From: a virus
Reading direction: 5' to 3' (one strand)
DNA length: 64,000 nucleotides
IMG/VR virus record: IMGVR_UViG_3300008255_000101
Location: 64,001 to 128,000 of that record
Each line of letters opens with the position of its first letter. Position 1 is the stretch's first letter. The translations under genes and the position numbers were made by a program. This document shows positions 32,801 to 41,279 of the stretch, piece after piece. The notes beneath the pieces are model-generated. The model was not told where the DNA came from. It ran no database searches and saw only the letters and a program-made list of their open reading frames with translations.

Positions 32801-32972
32801 ACCTTTGGGCGTTATCCCAGGCTTCCTCTACCCTTTCCATGCGGTCCCGAGGATTAGCTATGAAGTCCTGGACCACCTTAATCTCTTGAGGAGACACAGT
32901 GTCCATCTTGTTTTTGTTACCCCAAAACAAACCTGCGGTGACTTCCTTGTAGCTTTTTTCCACATCATTCAT
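29805..32972 (-). CDS. Large charged alpha-helical protein, putative internal head protein
   Basis: About 1055 aa, E/K/D-rich, with KTA/KKA motifs. Start MNDVEK overlaps the end of the upstream gene. Confidence 0.55.
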   Translation of the reverse strand: MNDVEKSYKEVTAGLFWGNKNKMDTVSPQEIKVVQDFIANPRDRMERVEEAWDNAQRLANGERGGMTPEQTRQYKEITQSLIQNFTRITNVFQNHGLWPHYDGKRYRSTHDQFMGLTKFAAEFRANAIGPKVLKFLEESPVFLKEAVQDLKNEKDPSYLDGLYRLVYDSLMDKDGLVTSLEELVKVFGNESAKEPEGKPVSTEEKKKKIQWIGTDGIQQISQAINKVIEKKKPVEGSPDRAKFDQVVEDATTRVVGSDWSGRLKGSLEKFGFKADGSFDRKAFESRFRQFEDLVKTAAEGDFVGSLPDLKKEFLGTYDSYLRALQEYKDSPEWSKAVTDTYFELILDGKDNLYKALKSLHDSIKKETAGVPDSTEPAKAKEEPEDSKPEDTEAPEEGKPEEQAPANEEQGDGGYSAEEMGEKGPNSPVAPDRENLVNEIRQKGSFTSGFRSYHNGTMKAWYRQNGKVDKAWLSRTLDQVMSKLGNRLDFSEDVLNRPRVLETIIKSKHSPFSAFYNALDEALYDARPGVTTPADVVSEVTPAADKLKAWGEAFYKDFLKRSKEQAARAKADEKEQGGTVTDKPAGTGEKPATPEVSDPVTPENASKMLQELADRIEEKGEVLPEDETQAEAIAEVLVEEPGSASPEVPSTRDVEKAEAIVDYLERVEAFVAKKEDPEEALDFARGALSKALVKAREVLDNKELVGDIGDQVKGLMKYLFDNRGSIKSVEEVESLLGKLGDGINSELDQIKGILNEIRSKAKAMQSVQGAKLILNTDSIVQESANIWTRLKAPEDPKIEPSQSEPAEEKVPDDSNDEHRDLGNEVHTALLEVPDDLYEVADIVAMYLQYGKSEYMGDGVLSGMGVGSEAKDLLRSAKALVGRNDGVNKKSFLASLDKFAKALGDKTDFDRDPELVEEYDSMIKDLGSHMKESNPVVKTASSPLVNRVVEAFLNKKASVPARSELTVYGYPGSESIDSSRRKDATAIRGAIGRILARAHVPQIGVVTADLYNKGAYTIKDVHIPAPPRPFGNPFKENYRPGPAVKAPKGDPNQQSLF

Positions 32973-33621
32973 AGTAGGATCCCATCCTGTCCTTAAAATA
33001 CTGGCCCTTACTGTCAGGGATGAACCCATCCATGGAGGCTACCTTAAAAGCAAATGTGTCTGCAAAATCATCCCAAGGGTTACGGCGAGCGTAAAAACGC
33101 ACGAACTTCGAAGAGGGGTCGTAGAACCACTCCCCTACCACGTTTTCCTCAGAGTCCTTGTCATTTATAACGATGCGAACTTTACCGTCTTCAGGTTTCT
33201 CACACCACCCCGATAATTGCAACCACTCGGGTTTCTTGCAGAGCTCGCCCTTAACCATATCCCACCCATGTCCCAGCTCGTGAAACAGGGTGTGGTCAAA
33301 ACGATCCAAAATCTTACCCGAGGTGTCCTTGAAAACTACGGGATCGTCCACCAAGCGCGTATTAAGGACCAGCGTCTCCCCCACGTAGTAACCGTGGTTG
33401 GGGAAGTACTCCTTGGACTCGCCCAAATCCTCGAACCCTATATCCTTTATTCCACAATCCTTGACAAGTCCGTCAGGAAGCTGGTGAAGGGCCCGGGCCA
33501 AACGGGACACCAGGTGCTGGTGGGATCCAGGGCGTACGGCCATACCGTACCTTTTGAGGATACCGCCTGGTGTAGAATTTAAACCAATGTCAGCCATAGC
33601 AAAATACTGTTGTTTTTTCAA
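32965..33621 (-). CDS. Zincin-type metallopeptidase
   Basis: FHELGH (HExxH) and downstream YARRNPWDDFADTF. Confidence 0.75.
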   Translation of the reverse strand: MKKQQYFAMADIGLNSTPGGILKRYGMAVRPGSHQHLVSRLARALHQLPDGLVKDCGIKDIGFEDLGESKEYFPNHGYYVGETLVLNTRLVDDPVVFKDTSGKILDRFDHTLFHELGHGWDMVKGELCKKPEWLQLSGWCEKPEDGKVRIVINDKDSEENVVGEWFYDPSSKFVRFYARRNPWDDFADTFAFKVASMDGFIPDSKGQYFKDRMGSYYE

Positions 33622-33639
33622 CTTGCTTAGGCCGACTCC

Positions 33640-33652
33640 ATTAGAAGATTAT
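33640..33652 (-). promoter_or_regulatory. Putative late promoter motif
   Basis: ATAATCTTCTAAT, overlapping the TAA of 33649..33885. Confidence 0.7.
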
Positions 33653-33885
33653 CCTTGACCCTTTTTATCCCTTAGCTCCAGTATGTCTTTCACCGTCCGG
33701 TCAAAAAACTCTGGATGGAAGTAAAGCTTGGCGGCCTCACGGGGTGTCAAACCCATACCCCGGGTTTTCCTCATCCTGTACACAGCTGTATACATGAGAG
33801 GGGGTAGGCGCCCCAGAATCCTCTGGACCTCCAGAAAAAACTGTCGCTCCTCTAAAGGAGTGGGGCGGGGTGCTTTAGTAGCCAT
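33649..33885 (-). CDS. Hypothetical protein
   Basis: 78-aa ORF in the operon. Confidence 0.5.
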   Translation of the reverse strand: MATKAPRPTPLEERQFFLEVQRILGRLPPLMYTAVYRMRKTRGMGLTPREAAKLYFHPEFFDRTVKDILELRDKKGQG

Positions 33886-34223
33886 TCGCTTAGCTTCCGC
33901 ATGCCTTCATCTTTGGAGGATAGCTTCTCGATCTGATCGGAAGCCTTAGAAAACATTAGCATGTCCATAAACTCTTGCACAGTTTCCTTAACGCTTACTT
34001 TGTAGATGCCTATAACCTCAGGAGGAGCTGCTGGGAAAAGGGCCTTGGACACATCCGCGGAAACCTCACTCACCAGGTCATCTAGGCTACCACACTCTCC
34101 CCTAAACTTCCGAAACGACTCTAGGTACAGAGAGTACCTAGGGGTGAAGGCGTCTAAGTCTTCTAGCTCCGTGTCCGTGTGTCTAGCGTGTATGGCCATA
34201 GTGTAACAATGTACATAATGCAC
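33852..34223 (-). CDS. Hypothetical protein
   Basis: ORF fills the gap in the operon. Start uncertain. Confidence 0.5.
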   Translation of the reverse strand: MHYVHCYTMAIHARHTDTELEDLDAFTPRYSLYLESFRKFRGECGSLDDLVSEVSADVSKALFPAAPPEVIGIYKVSVKETVQEFMDMLMFSKASDQIEKLSSKDEGMRKLSEWLLKHPAPLL

Positions 34224-34232
34224 CCGTAATTT

Positions 34233-34826
34233 TTAACTTAGACCCATGACCTTCCTGTACAATTCCCTGGCAGCGGACGAAGGATCCTTGTAAAGAATAC
34301 CTATGCCACCCTTGGCCTCCCACGGCCCTAGGAATTTCTCCATGTCGTCTACTAAGATAGACCTACCGTCAGCATAGCGCTGCTTCTGTGTGTCCAGGAT
34401 GTATGGAGTAGACTCACCCAGATTCTCGGATACCCAGAAGGCCTTGCCCTCTTTTGAGTACCTACTGATGCCGGGGGATGATAATACAGTGGGGTTCAAG
34501 TGCTTTAGGCTGTCCCACAGCTCATGACCGCCTGGTAACCATTTCATGGTAGACCAAAAAGGCAGACTCTGCGTTACCTTCCAGTCAATGTCATTGTGGT
34601 CCACAAAATCCTGCCCACCAAAATCCAGGTACTGCTTCTTCCAATCTGTGAGAACCCCGTCCATATCCACGAAAAGTCTCATGGACTTCCGGCGGAAAGT
34701 ATCCAAAAATTCGGGGTCATGTAGGATGCTGGTGACAGACTTACCTGCCAAAAACTTATCGATGTCCTGGGAGCCACTCGCCAGAATCAGTCTGCTTAAT
34801 TTATCTGCAATTTTTAACGCTATCAT
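34233..34826 (-). CDS. HAD-family 5'(3')-deoxyribonucleotidase-like protein with N-terminal leader
   Basis: FVDMDGVL (DxD motif I), LSSP, ILVDD, WEAKGGIGILY. Confidence 0.85.
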   Translation of the reverse strand: MIALKIADKLSRLILASGSQDIDKFLAGKSVTSILHDPEFLDTFRRKSMRLFVDMDGVLTDWKKQYLDFGGQDFVDHNDIDWKVTQSLPFWSTMKWLPGGHELWDSLKHLNPTVLSSPGISRYSKEGKAFWVSENLGESTPYILDTQKQRYADGRSILVDDMEKFLGPWEAKGGIGILYKDPSSAARELYRKVMGLS

Positions 34827-34862
34827 GGAAACCCCAGGGATTGTTGCAGCAGTGCCTACCCC

Positions 34863-34899
34863 ATTAAAAGAGTATGGGGGTCAAGCATAATCTTCAAAT
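34863..34899. promoter_or_regulatory. Back-to-back pair of putative late promoter motifs
   Basis: Minus copy ATACTCTTTTAAT (34863-34875) and plus copy ATAATCTTCAAAT (34887-34899) between divergent genes. Confidence 0.6.
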
Positions 34900-34935
34900 G
34901 ATGCTGGTGGGATACTAAAAGAAAAGGTAATCCAT

Positions 34936-35466
34936 ATGCAGCCTCAAGAATTCGCATCATACATGTCCAGCGCCTGCGGAGGCCTCCTCGTAGCGGGATC
35001 GCTTGGACTGCTGTACAAGGGAGTGATTACTCTCTCCCAAAAATCCCAGGAAGAAGCTATATCCATCGAATACAAAAAGCTGCTTAGGGTGTCCAGCCAC
35101 TACCCAGCTCTCGCCCTATTCCTTATAGGGTGGTTTTTCGTGGGAATACCCATGGTTATCCCGTCTGCTGGGGGACCCACCAGGGTCGTGGTAAACGGTA
35201 CGATCGTCATAGACCCGCCGGATGCTATCAACAGCGTGTCAGTGCGTGTGGTGGGTGGGCCGTGGGGTATAGATCCCGACAGTGATGGGTCTTTGAACAA
35301 AGAACTTTACCCAAGCATGGATAAGCTAAAGGTGGAAATCACTTCCCCAGGTCGCATACCCTTCCATAAAACCGTTAGTGTGCAGAAAGACGGATCCATG
35401 GATGTAGGTGAGATCCAGATACCAGACCCCATTATAAATATCAGAACGGTACCCGCGGGTCCGTAA
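34936..35466 (+). CDS. Two-TM membrane protein with C-terminal beta domain
   Basis: Hydrophobic segments GGLLVAGSLGLL and PALALFLIGWFFVGIPMV. Confidence 0.65.
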   Translation: MQPQEFASYMSSACGGLLVAGSLGLLYKGVITLSQKSQEEAISIEYKKLLRVSSHYPALALFLIGWFFVGIPMVIPSAGGPTRVVVNGTIVIDPPDAINSVSVRVVGGPWGIDPDSDGSLNKELYPSMDKLKVEITSPGRIPFHKTVSVQKDGSMDVGEIQIPDPIINIRTVPAGP

Positions 35467-35476
35467 GGAGATCACA

Positions 35477-35911
35477 GTGAAAATATCCCTCATAGTGGCT
35501 ATACTAATGGCGTGGTGTTTTGCCCAGCAGGACGGTACAAGCGTCCATAAGAAGTCGGCACCCGTAGTGACACTCCACACCATGGACTCTCAGCAGAAAA
35601 TGGTGTCCATACCCATAGACCACACTCAGGTACCAGGTACCGAGAACAACGACATACAGAATCTTCTTGTGGTGGAAGTATCCGCCTTCGCGGGGGATAC
35701 CCTACGTGTACCAGGAATGACAGTATTGTTGAAAGGGGTGCCCGGAGGTTTTTCAGATACGGGGACTACCGACCAATACGGACAAGCCACCTTCCACGGG
35801 TTCCAAAGTGATAGCACTTATGTCCTAGAGATATACGCAGGTAAGGCCCTAGTGTACAGGGGGTCGCTTGATCTTTTCAGGGGAGCCAATAAGACTAGGG
35901 TCAATCTTTAG
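35477..35911 (+). CDS. Secreted protein with carboxypeptidase-regulatory-like (prealbumin-type) domain
   Basis: Signal peptide MKISLIVAILMAWCFA. VPGMTVLL...TTDQYGQATF...TYVLEI. AAGGAG RBS. Confidence 0.65.
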   Translation: MKISLIVAILMAWCFAQQDGTSVHKKSAPVVTLHTMDSQQKMVSIPIDHTQVPGTENNDIQNLLVVEVSAFAGDTLRVPGMTVLLKGVPGGFSDTGTTDQYGQATFHGFQSDSTYVLEIYAGKALVYRGSLDLFRGANKTRVNL

Positions 35912-36530
35912 CTAGACCCTCAAGGTACTTTTCGATCTTACCCCAAGTACCATTCAGACGGGCTTGGACCATGGGGAAAACCACACTCTTATGATCCAAG
36001 AGCTCCATTAGGTCGTGAGCGGGAGCAGTCCTTAGGTACTGCACGAAATACAGAGAATTCTCTAGTAACCACCCCTCCGAAAAAAGACGTAGACCTCTCC
36101 TCCTAACCCACCTGTCGGCATCATTAGTACGGTCGAACGTCTGTACGGGCACGGTTCCGGACCTACGAGCATAGGGGTCCAAGTCCCTCATAAACTCTTG
36201 CACGTCGTAGTCTGGGCATCCACTCTCTTCAAAATGCAGCATGCCCTGCAACCACTTTAGGTCTGGGGATATCCTAATAAAACCCCCAGTGAGGTCGTCA
36301 GAACGGAGCAGTTGCTCGAAATGCCCCAAGAAAAAAACTCTGTACTGGCATGACCGGCCTTTGGAGTAATAATTTCGAACCTTCTCTCTATTGGCTAGAG
36401 CCTGGCCCCTGATGCTATCGGGGCCTTGTATCATGAGGGAATCGGTATTCAGCAAAATTTCCTTGTTCCTACATGCCTGGCACACCCTTTGGGGCCGTCC
36501 ATACCTAAGTTGGGCTTCCTTCATGGACAT
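35901..36530 (-). CDS. Hypothetical protein with CxxC
   Basis: 209-aa ORF containing VCQACR. Confidence 0.55.
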   Translation of the reverse strand: MSMKEAQLRYGRPQRVCQACRNKEILLNTDSLMIQGPDSIRGQALANREKVRNYYSKGRSCQYRVFFLGHFEQLLRSDDLTGGFIRISPDLKWLQGMLHFEESGCPDYDVQEFMRDLDPYARRSGTVPVQTFDRTNDADRWVRRRGLRLFSEGWLLENSLYFVQYLRTAPAHDLMELLDHKSVVFPMVQARLNGTWGKIEKYLEGLAKD

Positions 36531-36688
36531 TCCACCCTTCCTAGGCGATCTCCTGAGTATGCGTCGGTAGCAGCACCCACAAGCAGTTTTACTACATAAC
36601 TGCCGTTACCAGGATGGGCGTACTCGAGGGGGCTCTGATGCAGGACCTCCTCACTCACGGCTATTTCGTAATATCTTCTTCTTCCCAT
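36521..36688 (-). CDS. Small 55-aa ORF (not in ORF track)
   Basis: MGRRRYYEIAVSEE...GRVECP. Its TGA overlaps the ATG (ATGA) of the downstream ORF. Confidence 0.45.
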   Translation of the reverse strand: MGRRRYYEIAVSEEVLHQSPLEYAHPGNGSYVVKLLVGAATDAYSGDRLGRVECP

Positions 36689-36717
36689 GGCTTAGTATAT
36701 AGACGGGATTGGTGTTT

Positions 36718-37707
36718 CTAACGGTAAAACTCTACGCATACGGAAGACACTACGTCATCTGCACTGACGTTACCGTCCAAAAAATCCTTAACCGTGTCCA
36801 AGAACCCCGGAACCTTTCTTATTACCTTATTGACCCTGCCCGCGTACTTAGGGGCCCCCTTATAACGAGCAAATTCGGGGCCCGTCAAGACGGAACCTAC
36901 CTCTTTGCAACTCTGTAGGTACTCTCCCAGCTGGCTGGGTAACCCCTGGCGGGCGGGCGTCACTTCACAGTAACTCACGAACTCGGACCACGACCCAAAA
37001 TGATGTTCTATTTGAGCTGTGGTGGCGGACAAAGGGTAATCCACCGTACCATGGAGTTTGGATAACGCTGACCTTGCAGGGGAACCACCTTTCCGGGTAT
37101 GTGCCCGCATCTCCTCCCTCCAGGTCTCTTCCTCCCCCGTGTGATCCCCACGCCGGGTATCTATACCCATTTCCTCGCACCACTTTGCCAAGGTGACCGA
37201 GGACACTCCAAACTCGTTGGCAACACTTTTAAGTAGGACGCCTCTAGACACTCTATCCCTTAGAAGGTCCTCAGCGGGGCACACTTTTCGGTTTTTACCC
37301 GCATGGGATTTACCCTCGGCGTGGAGCTTTTTCATATTTTCCCGGGATTTAGCACGAGCGGATTCCGTCTGGGAGTAGTGCTCCACTCCGTGGTTCTTTA
37401 AGGTTGTTTCCCGGGCCTTTGCTTTATTGTAAACAGGCCCTGTTAACTCTCGGACTTTGCTCCGATTACTCAAGACCTGGGGGTCCCTCATGGGGTGCCC
37501 TCCCGCGTACCTCTCAAAAGTTTTAGCAGTCTTGATTTTTGCTGCTACGTAATCCCGGGAGCACACAGCCCGGGCCACAACATCCTCATCGAGTAGAGGG
37601 GTGCCTGGGTACTCCCGACGTAAGTCCGCTACAGATTTCCCATGCTTATTTATTATGTGGGAAGTCAGTACGCGATGTACCTCTTTACAGTATGGACACG
37701 TACTCAC
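36718..37707 (-). CDS. Basic DNA-binding protein with C2H2-like finger, HTH and homing-endonuclease-associated-type motifs
   Basis: CPYC...HIINKH, VANEFGVSSVTLAKW (HTH), HFGSWSEF. ATGA-coupled to the methyltransferase gene. Confidence 0.6.
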   Translation of the reverse strand: MSTCPYCKEVHRVLTSHIINKHGKSVADLRREYPGTPLLDEDVVARAVCSRDYVAAKIKTAKTFERYAGGHPMRDPQVLSNRSKVRELTGPVYNKAKARETTLKNHGVEHYSQTESARAKSRENMKKLHAEGKSHAGKNRKVCPAEDLLRDRVSRGVLLKSVANEFGVSSVTLAKWCEEMGIDTRRGDHTGEEETWREEMRAHTRKGGSPARSALSKLHGTVDYPLSATTAQIEHHFGSWSEFVSYCEVTPARQGLPSQLGEYLQSCKEVGSVLTGPEFARYKGAPKYAGRVNKVIRKVPGFLDTVKDFLDGNVSADDVVSSVCVEFYR

Positions 37708-39566
37708 TTACAAACCTCCATCAACAAGACCTTGTCGGTGTACCCGCTGTCCCACCTACCCGAACTGCATATTTCAAGAACGTCTATCATTTTGTACCCG
37801 GCAGAAAGGAACACTCTTATGGAGTCGGTTACCAGGGAGTACTTACCCACGTCACCTATTACCCAGGCTACTTTCCCTCCGGGCTTAACCGACCTACGTA
37901 TGTTGCAAACTACGGGGTACACAAAGCCATCTACCCACGCTCTGTAGCTATGGAATTGATTCACACTTTGCAGGGGATCCTCTGAGTACAGCTCATGCCT
38001 GTAATACGGGGGGCACGCAATGCAGATATCCGCCGTGTTCTCCTCAGGGTAATTGCTAGGGTCACTGGAGCACCCCTGTACCACTGTGATGTCCTTTACC
38101 GATGTGTGCTCCTTTAAAAACGACGCCAGCTCAAGTGCCCCACTTACTGTAAGGGGTTCGGAGTCTATGCCGTGATAGCTACGTTCCCCTGTTACGGAAG
38201 CCCCAACCATACGCCCGCCCCATCCAGAAAAAGGGTCCAGGACCAAGTCGTCAGGCCCCCTACCGTATTTCTCCAGGAGGTACTTAGCCCACACAGGGTT
38301 AAAATTGGACGCTACCTTGGACCCGTAGTAGGATAGCGCTCCTCTGATGTTGGAGTTCTCGTACCGAGACCCTTCCTTTATCTGCTTACCCAGGCAGTCG
38401 GTAAGTAAGCCTTTACTACGGAACACCTCCACTGGGGACGGTCTACCCCCGGACGACACACCGTACCTATTCTTATAAAAACTAGAGGGTAGGGACGTGT
38501 ACCGTGAGTGTGCCAGAATCTTATGACCCCTGGTGGAAACCTCTGCATCCCTTATGAACCCCAAGTTTTTGACCATATTTTCTTTAGACATTACGGGGTA
38601 AGGGAAGCCCCTCGCTTTCGTGCGAGACACAAGGATGTGTGCCTTGGGGTCCGAGGGGTCCCATAGGGGGTGATCAATGTCCCTGAACAACTCTTCACTT
38701 TTTTCAGAAAGACCCCTAGCCCAGTACTTGATAGGTGTCTCCCATAGCCTGTCGGTAATTTTATACTTGAGGTTGTTCACGAAATAATGGGATAGACGCG
38801 CCAGAGAGTCCTTGCAAGTTATGCGGAGTAAGAAGGAGTGGTGGTCCTGTACGGGAGCTACGGGGACTCCCGTTTTTGACTCAATCAGACGAGCTACTTC
38901 CTCCAGTCTACTAAGTGTGTAGTGGTCCTGGAACCCTATGGATATCTTGATACCGCTTTTCTTGTCATACCTGGACCCGTCGTCCATAGCCCATATGGCT
39001 AGGGTGTCCTCCCCGAACTCGTCGTACACAGACGGATTCATGATGTCCTTAAACCCCCCAGGATAGAAAAGATCCCTGAGACGTTTAGCCCACGCGGTGC
39101 AGGCACTTTTGGCATGCACCTGCATGTCCTCTCTAGCCGTGGCGGTTGAGCTTACTCCTAGTCTTAAACTAGACAGGGAGTCCCCGAGCATTGCCGCCTT
39201 CATCCACATGTAAGGAGCTTGAGAGAAAGCGTGGGATTCCAGGAAGTACGGGGAGGGTCCCCCACTTATGCACCCATCCCCAAATAAACTGTTGTAGGCC
39301 AACCTCTCCGCCTCGCCCCGTATGTTTAGACCGCGTGCCGCTACGAATAGTTTTTCGGACAGGGTATCAGGGGTAGCCATGGTAAGGGCCTCTAGTTTCT
39401 TATTAGAAACCGAACCAGTTTTCCTGTTTACTGCTTTCCGTGTGGACCCGCCCGCTAACCTCTTGTAGGAGCTGTGTGTAAGGTACGGAAAGTTCTTCTG
39501 AACTTCCTCAAGAGTGGAACCTTTGTCGATCATTGCTTGTAGGGCTAGCATATTACTCATTTCCAT
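37704..39566 (-). CDS. LAGLIDADG-like domain fused to an amino (N4C/N6A) DNA methyltransferase
   Basis: NSLFGDGCI and LAIWAMDDGS (LAGLIDADG pair). VLDPFSGWGGR (SAM-binding motif I), CPPYY..ELYS (motif IV), VKPGG. Confidence 0.75.
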   Translation of the reverse strand: MEMSNMLALQAMIDKGSTLEEVQKNFPYLTHSSYKRLAGGSTRKAVNRKTGSVSNKKLEALTMATPDTLSEKLFVAARGLNIRGEAERLAYNSLFGDGCISGGPSPYFLESHAFSQAPYMWMKAAMLGDSLSSLRLGVSSTATAREDMQVHAKSACTAWAKRLRDLFYPGGFKDIMNPSVYDEFGEDTLAIWAMDDGSRYDKKSGIKISIGFQDHYTLSRLEEVARLIESKTGVPVAPVQDHHSFLLRITCKDSLARLSHYFVNNLKYKITDRLWETPIKYWARGLSEKSEELFRDIDHPLWDPSDPKAHILVSRTKARGFPYPVMSKENMVKNLGFIRDAEVSTRGHKILAHSRYTSLPSSFYKNRYGVSSGGRPSPVEVFRSKGLLTDCLGKQIKEGSRYENSNIRGALSYYGSKVASNFNPVWAKYLLEKYGRGPDDLVLDPFSGWGGRMVGASVTGERSYHGIDSEPLTVSGALELASFLKEHTSVKDITVVQGCSSDPSNYPEENTADICIACPPYYRHELYSEDPLQSVNQFHSYRAWVDGFVYPVVCNIRRSVKPGGKVAWVIGDVGKYSLVTDSIRVFLSAGYKMIDVLEICSSGRWDSGYTDKVLLMEVCK

Positions 39567-39680
39567 AATTTAGATATTTTAACAACGGGTAGCCCTATTA
39601 GACTAACTTTTGTTTCTAGCGCCGTCAGCACAGAACTTTTATGGTCGGAGGGGGTACCCCTACGCACCCCTATAAAACAC

Positions 39681-39713
39681 AAAAAGACCCGGAGTAAACT
39701 CCGGGTCTTTTTT
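39681..39713. terminator. Strong terminator after the major capsid gene
   Basis: AAAAAGACCCGGAGT-AA-ACTCCGGGTCTTTTTT perfect inverted repeat. Confidence 0.85.
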
Positions 39714-39730
39714 GCAAGATGAATTGCGGG

Positions 39731-40609
39731 TTACCGAGCAATCTTAATGCGAGTGATCGCCTTAGGATTGAATGCTCCAATACCCAGCATTTCAAAGATG
39801 CTGAAGCCGATGCGGCGAGCTTTAGGATCATCCGCGCTCAGAACGGTAAGTTCCGTACGAACGGGGATACGTCCCAAGAACTCAGGCTCTGCACAGACAT
39901 ACACGTAGCCAGGTTCCACGATACGGGAGATCATGATCTGGGCACCGTGCAAGGTAGCCATAAGGCCAGTCTTGAGCAGGGTAGCTTGAGTTTCGATGTC
40001 CAAAACATCACGTCCCCACTTACGCAGGTCAGCAAAGTCACGGGCATTCATGAACACGCGAGCAACGCGGTTGTCCCACTGTTCGATTTCAGCGAAAGCA
40101 TCGATGAAAGCGGCAGGAGTGACAGGAGCGTTCACGTTCACCTGAGGGTTAGGATTGGTATCGGTATCGAAACCATTCACATTCAGCTGATCCAAGACTT
40201 CGAAGACGCGAGAGTCTTCAGCAGCCTGAATCTGAGCCTTACCCAGGTTCTGAGCACGTTCGATCAGGTCGAAACGACGTTCCTTGATCTGAGACAAAGG
40301 AATCTCAGGATTGGAAGCCAGTTCGAAGAGAGGGAAGATCACACGAGTACCGCGAGCAGTACCGAGGATGTTTTCACCTTCTTCAGACACGGCATAGGCA
40401 CGTACGTCCGGATCCTTGTCGTAGATGGGCAATGCGCCGTCAGGCAACTGTTCCACTTCGAAAGTCTTACGACCAACGGAGGAATAGTCGCGACGTTCGC
40501 GGAGGGGCTGCTGCATGGAAGCAGCAAGCTTTTGGCGGCCTTCGATCGTTCCAATGTATTGGGCGATCACTTGGCTCTTTTGTTCGTTGGAAAGTTTAGA
40601 CATACTCAT
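39731..40609 (-). CDS. Major capsid protein (HK97 fold, 292 aa)
   Basis: AAGGAGG RBS before MSMSKL at 40609. GRQKLAASM..PLR..RDY..VGRK.F.VEQLPDGALPIYDKD. Located after protease-scaffold-decoration and followed by a strong terminator. Confidence 0.85.
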   Translation of the reverse strand: MSMSKLSNEQKSQVIAQYIGTIEGRQKLAASMQQPLRERRDYSSVGRKTFEVEQLPDGALPIYDKDPDVRAYAVSEEGENILGTARGTRVIFPLFELASNPEIPLSQIKERRFDLIERAQNLGKAQIQAAEDSRVFEVLDQLNVNGFDTDTNPNPQVNVNAPVTPAAFIDAFAEIEQWDNRVARVFMNARDFADLRKWGRDVLDIETQATLLKTGLMATLHGAQIMISRIVEPGYVYVCAEPEFLGRIPVRTELTVLSADDPKARRIGFSIFEMLGIGAFNPKAITRIKIAR

Positions 40610-40622
40610 TTTTCTGTCCTCC

Positions 40623-41195
40623 TTAAACGCGCAGCTGAACAACCATGACGGGGCTGCTGGCGGTTGGGGGTTCAATGATTACGCCTACGATCGTTGCACC
40701 AGATGCAGCGACACCACCAGTCAAGCCAGCAGCGATGGTCAGAAGACCATTAGCGGAAGCATAGACGGGGAGACCGGCAGCGGTGGAATAATCGAGCGCG
40801 GTTCCGGCAGTGTCAGCAGTCTCGTAAACGGGAACTTCGACAACGGAGCCAGTGCCGTGCAGATAGGTGATGGAGCCAGAAGCCACGGATGAGGTGGATT
40901 CGTAAGCTTCGCCAGCAGCATTGCGAACAGCGATACCGACGATACCTACTTGAACGCCTGTAGCAGCGTCGTTAGCAGGACCGACAGTAGCGGCATCTAC
41001 GATGCGAACTACGGAGCCAGCCAGAATACCGTCAGGAGTGGCGGTGTTCAGAGTGGTGTTGGCCAGAGCTTGAGTTCCAGAGCGATTGTCCACGGTAAGC
41101 CCTTCATCACTGATTGCACAGTAAGAGTTCAGGGTACCACGGTACAGAGGCTGGAGTTCAAGCGCAGGAGCAATTTTATTGCTTTGTCCACGCAT
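40623..41195 (-). CDS. Capsid decoration/cement protein
   Basis: Gly/Ala/Val-rich 190 aa between scaffold and MCP. Contains GILAGSVV, VYASANGLLT, IVGVIIEPP. Confidence 0.7.
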   Translation of the reverse strand: MRGQSNKIAPALELQPLYRGTLNSYCAISDEGLTVDNRSGTQALANTTLNTATPDGILAGSVVRIVDAATVGPANDAATGVQVGIVGIAVRNAAGEAYESTSSVASGSITYLHGTGSVVEVPVYETADTAGTALDYSTAAGLPVYASANGLLTIAAGLTGGVAASGATIVGVIIEPPTASSPVMVVQLRV

Positions 41196-41279
41196 GGTTT
41201 ACCTTCCTTGTGAGGTTGGGTTACATTCCCTACCGCGAGGCACGGTAGGAGTATTTTGTGTCTCTTCTAACCCCAGGTG

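Noticed and set aside
39731-40609. Bacterial encapsulin nanocompartment with ferritin cargo
   Set aside because: The shell gene sits in a terminase-portal-protease-scaffold context, so it is a phage major capsid protein. The ferritin gene is 10 kb away.
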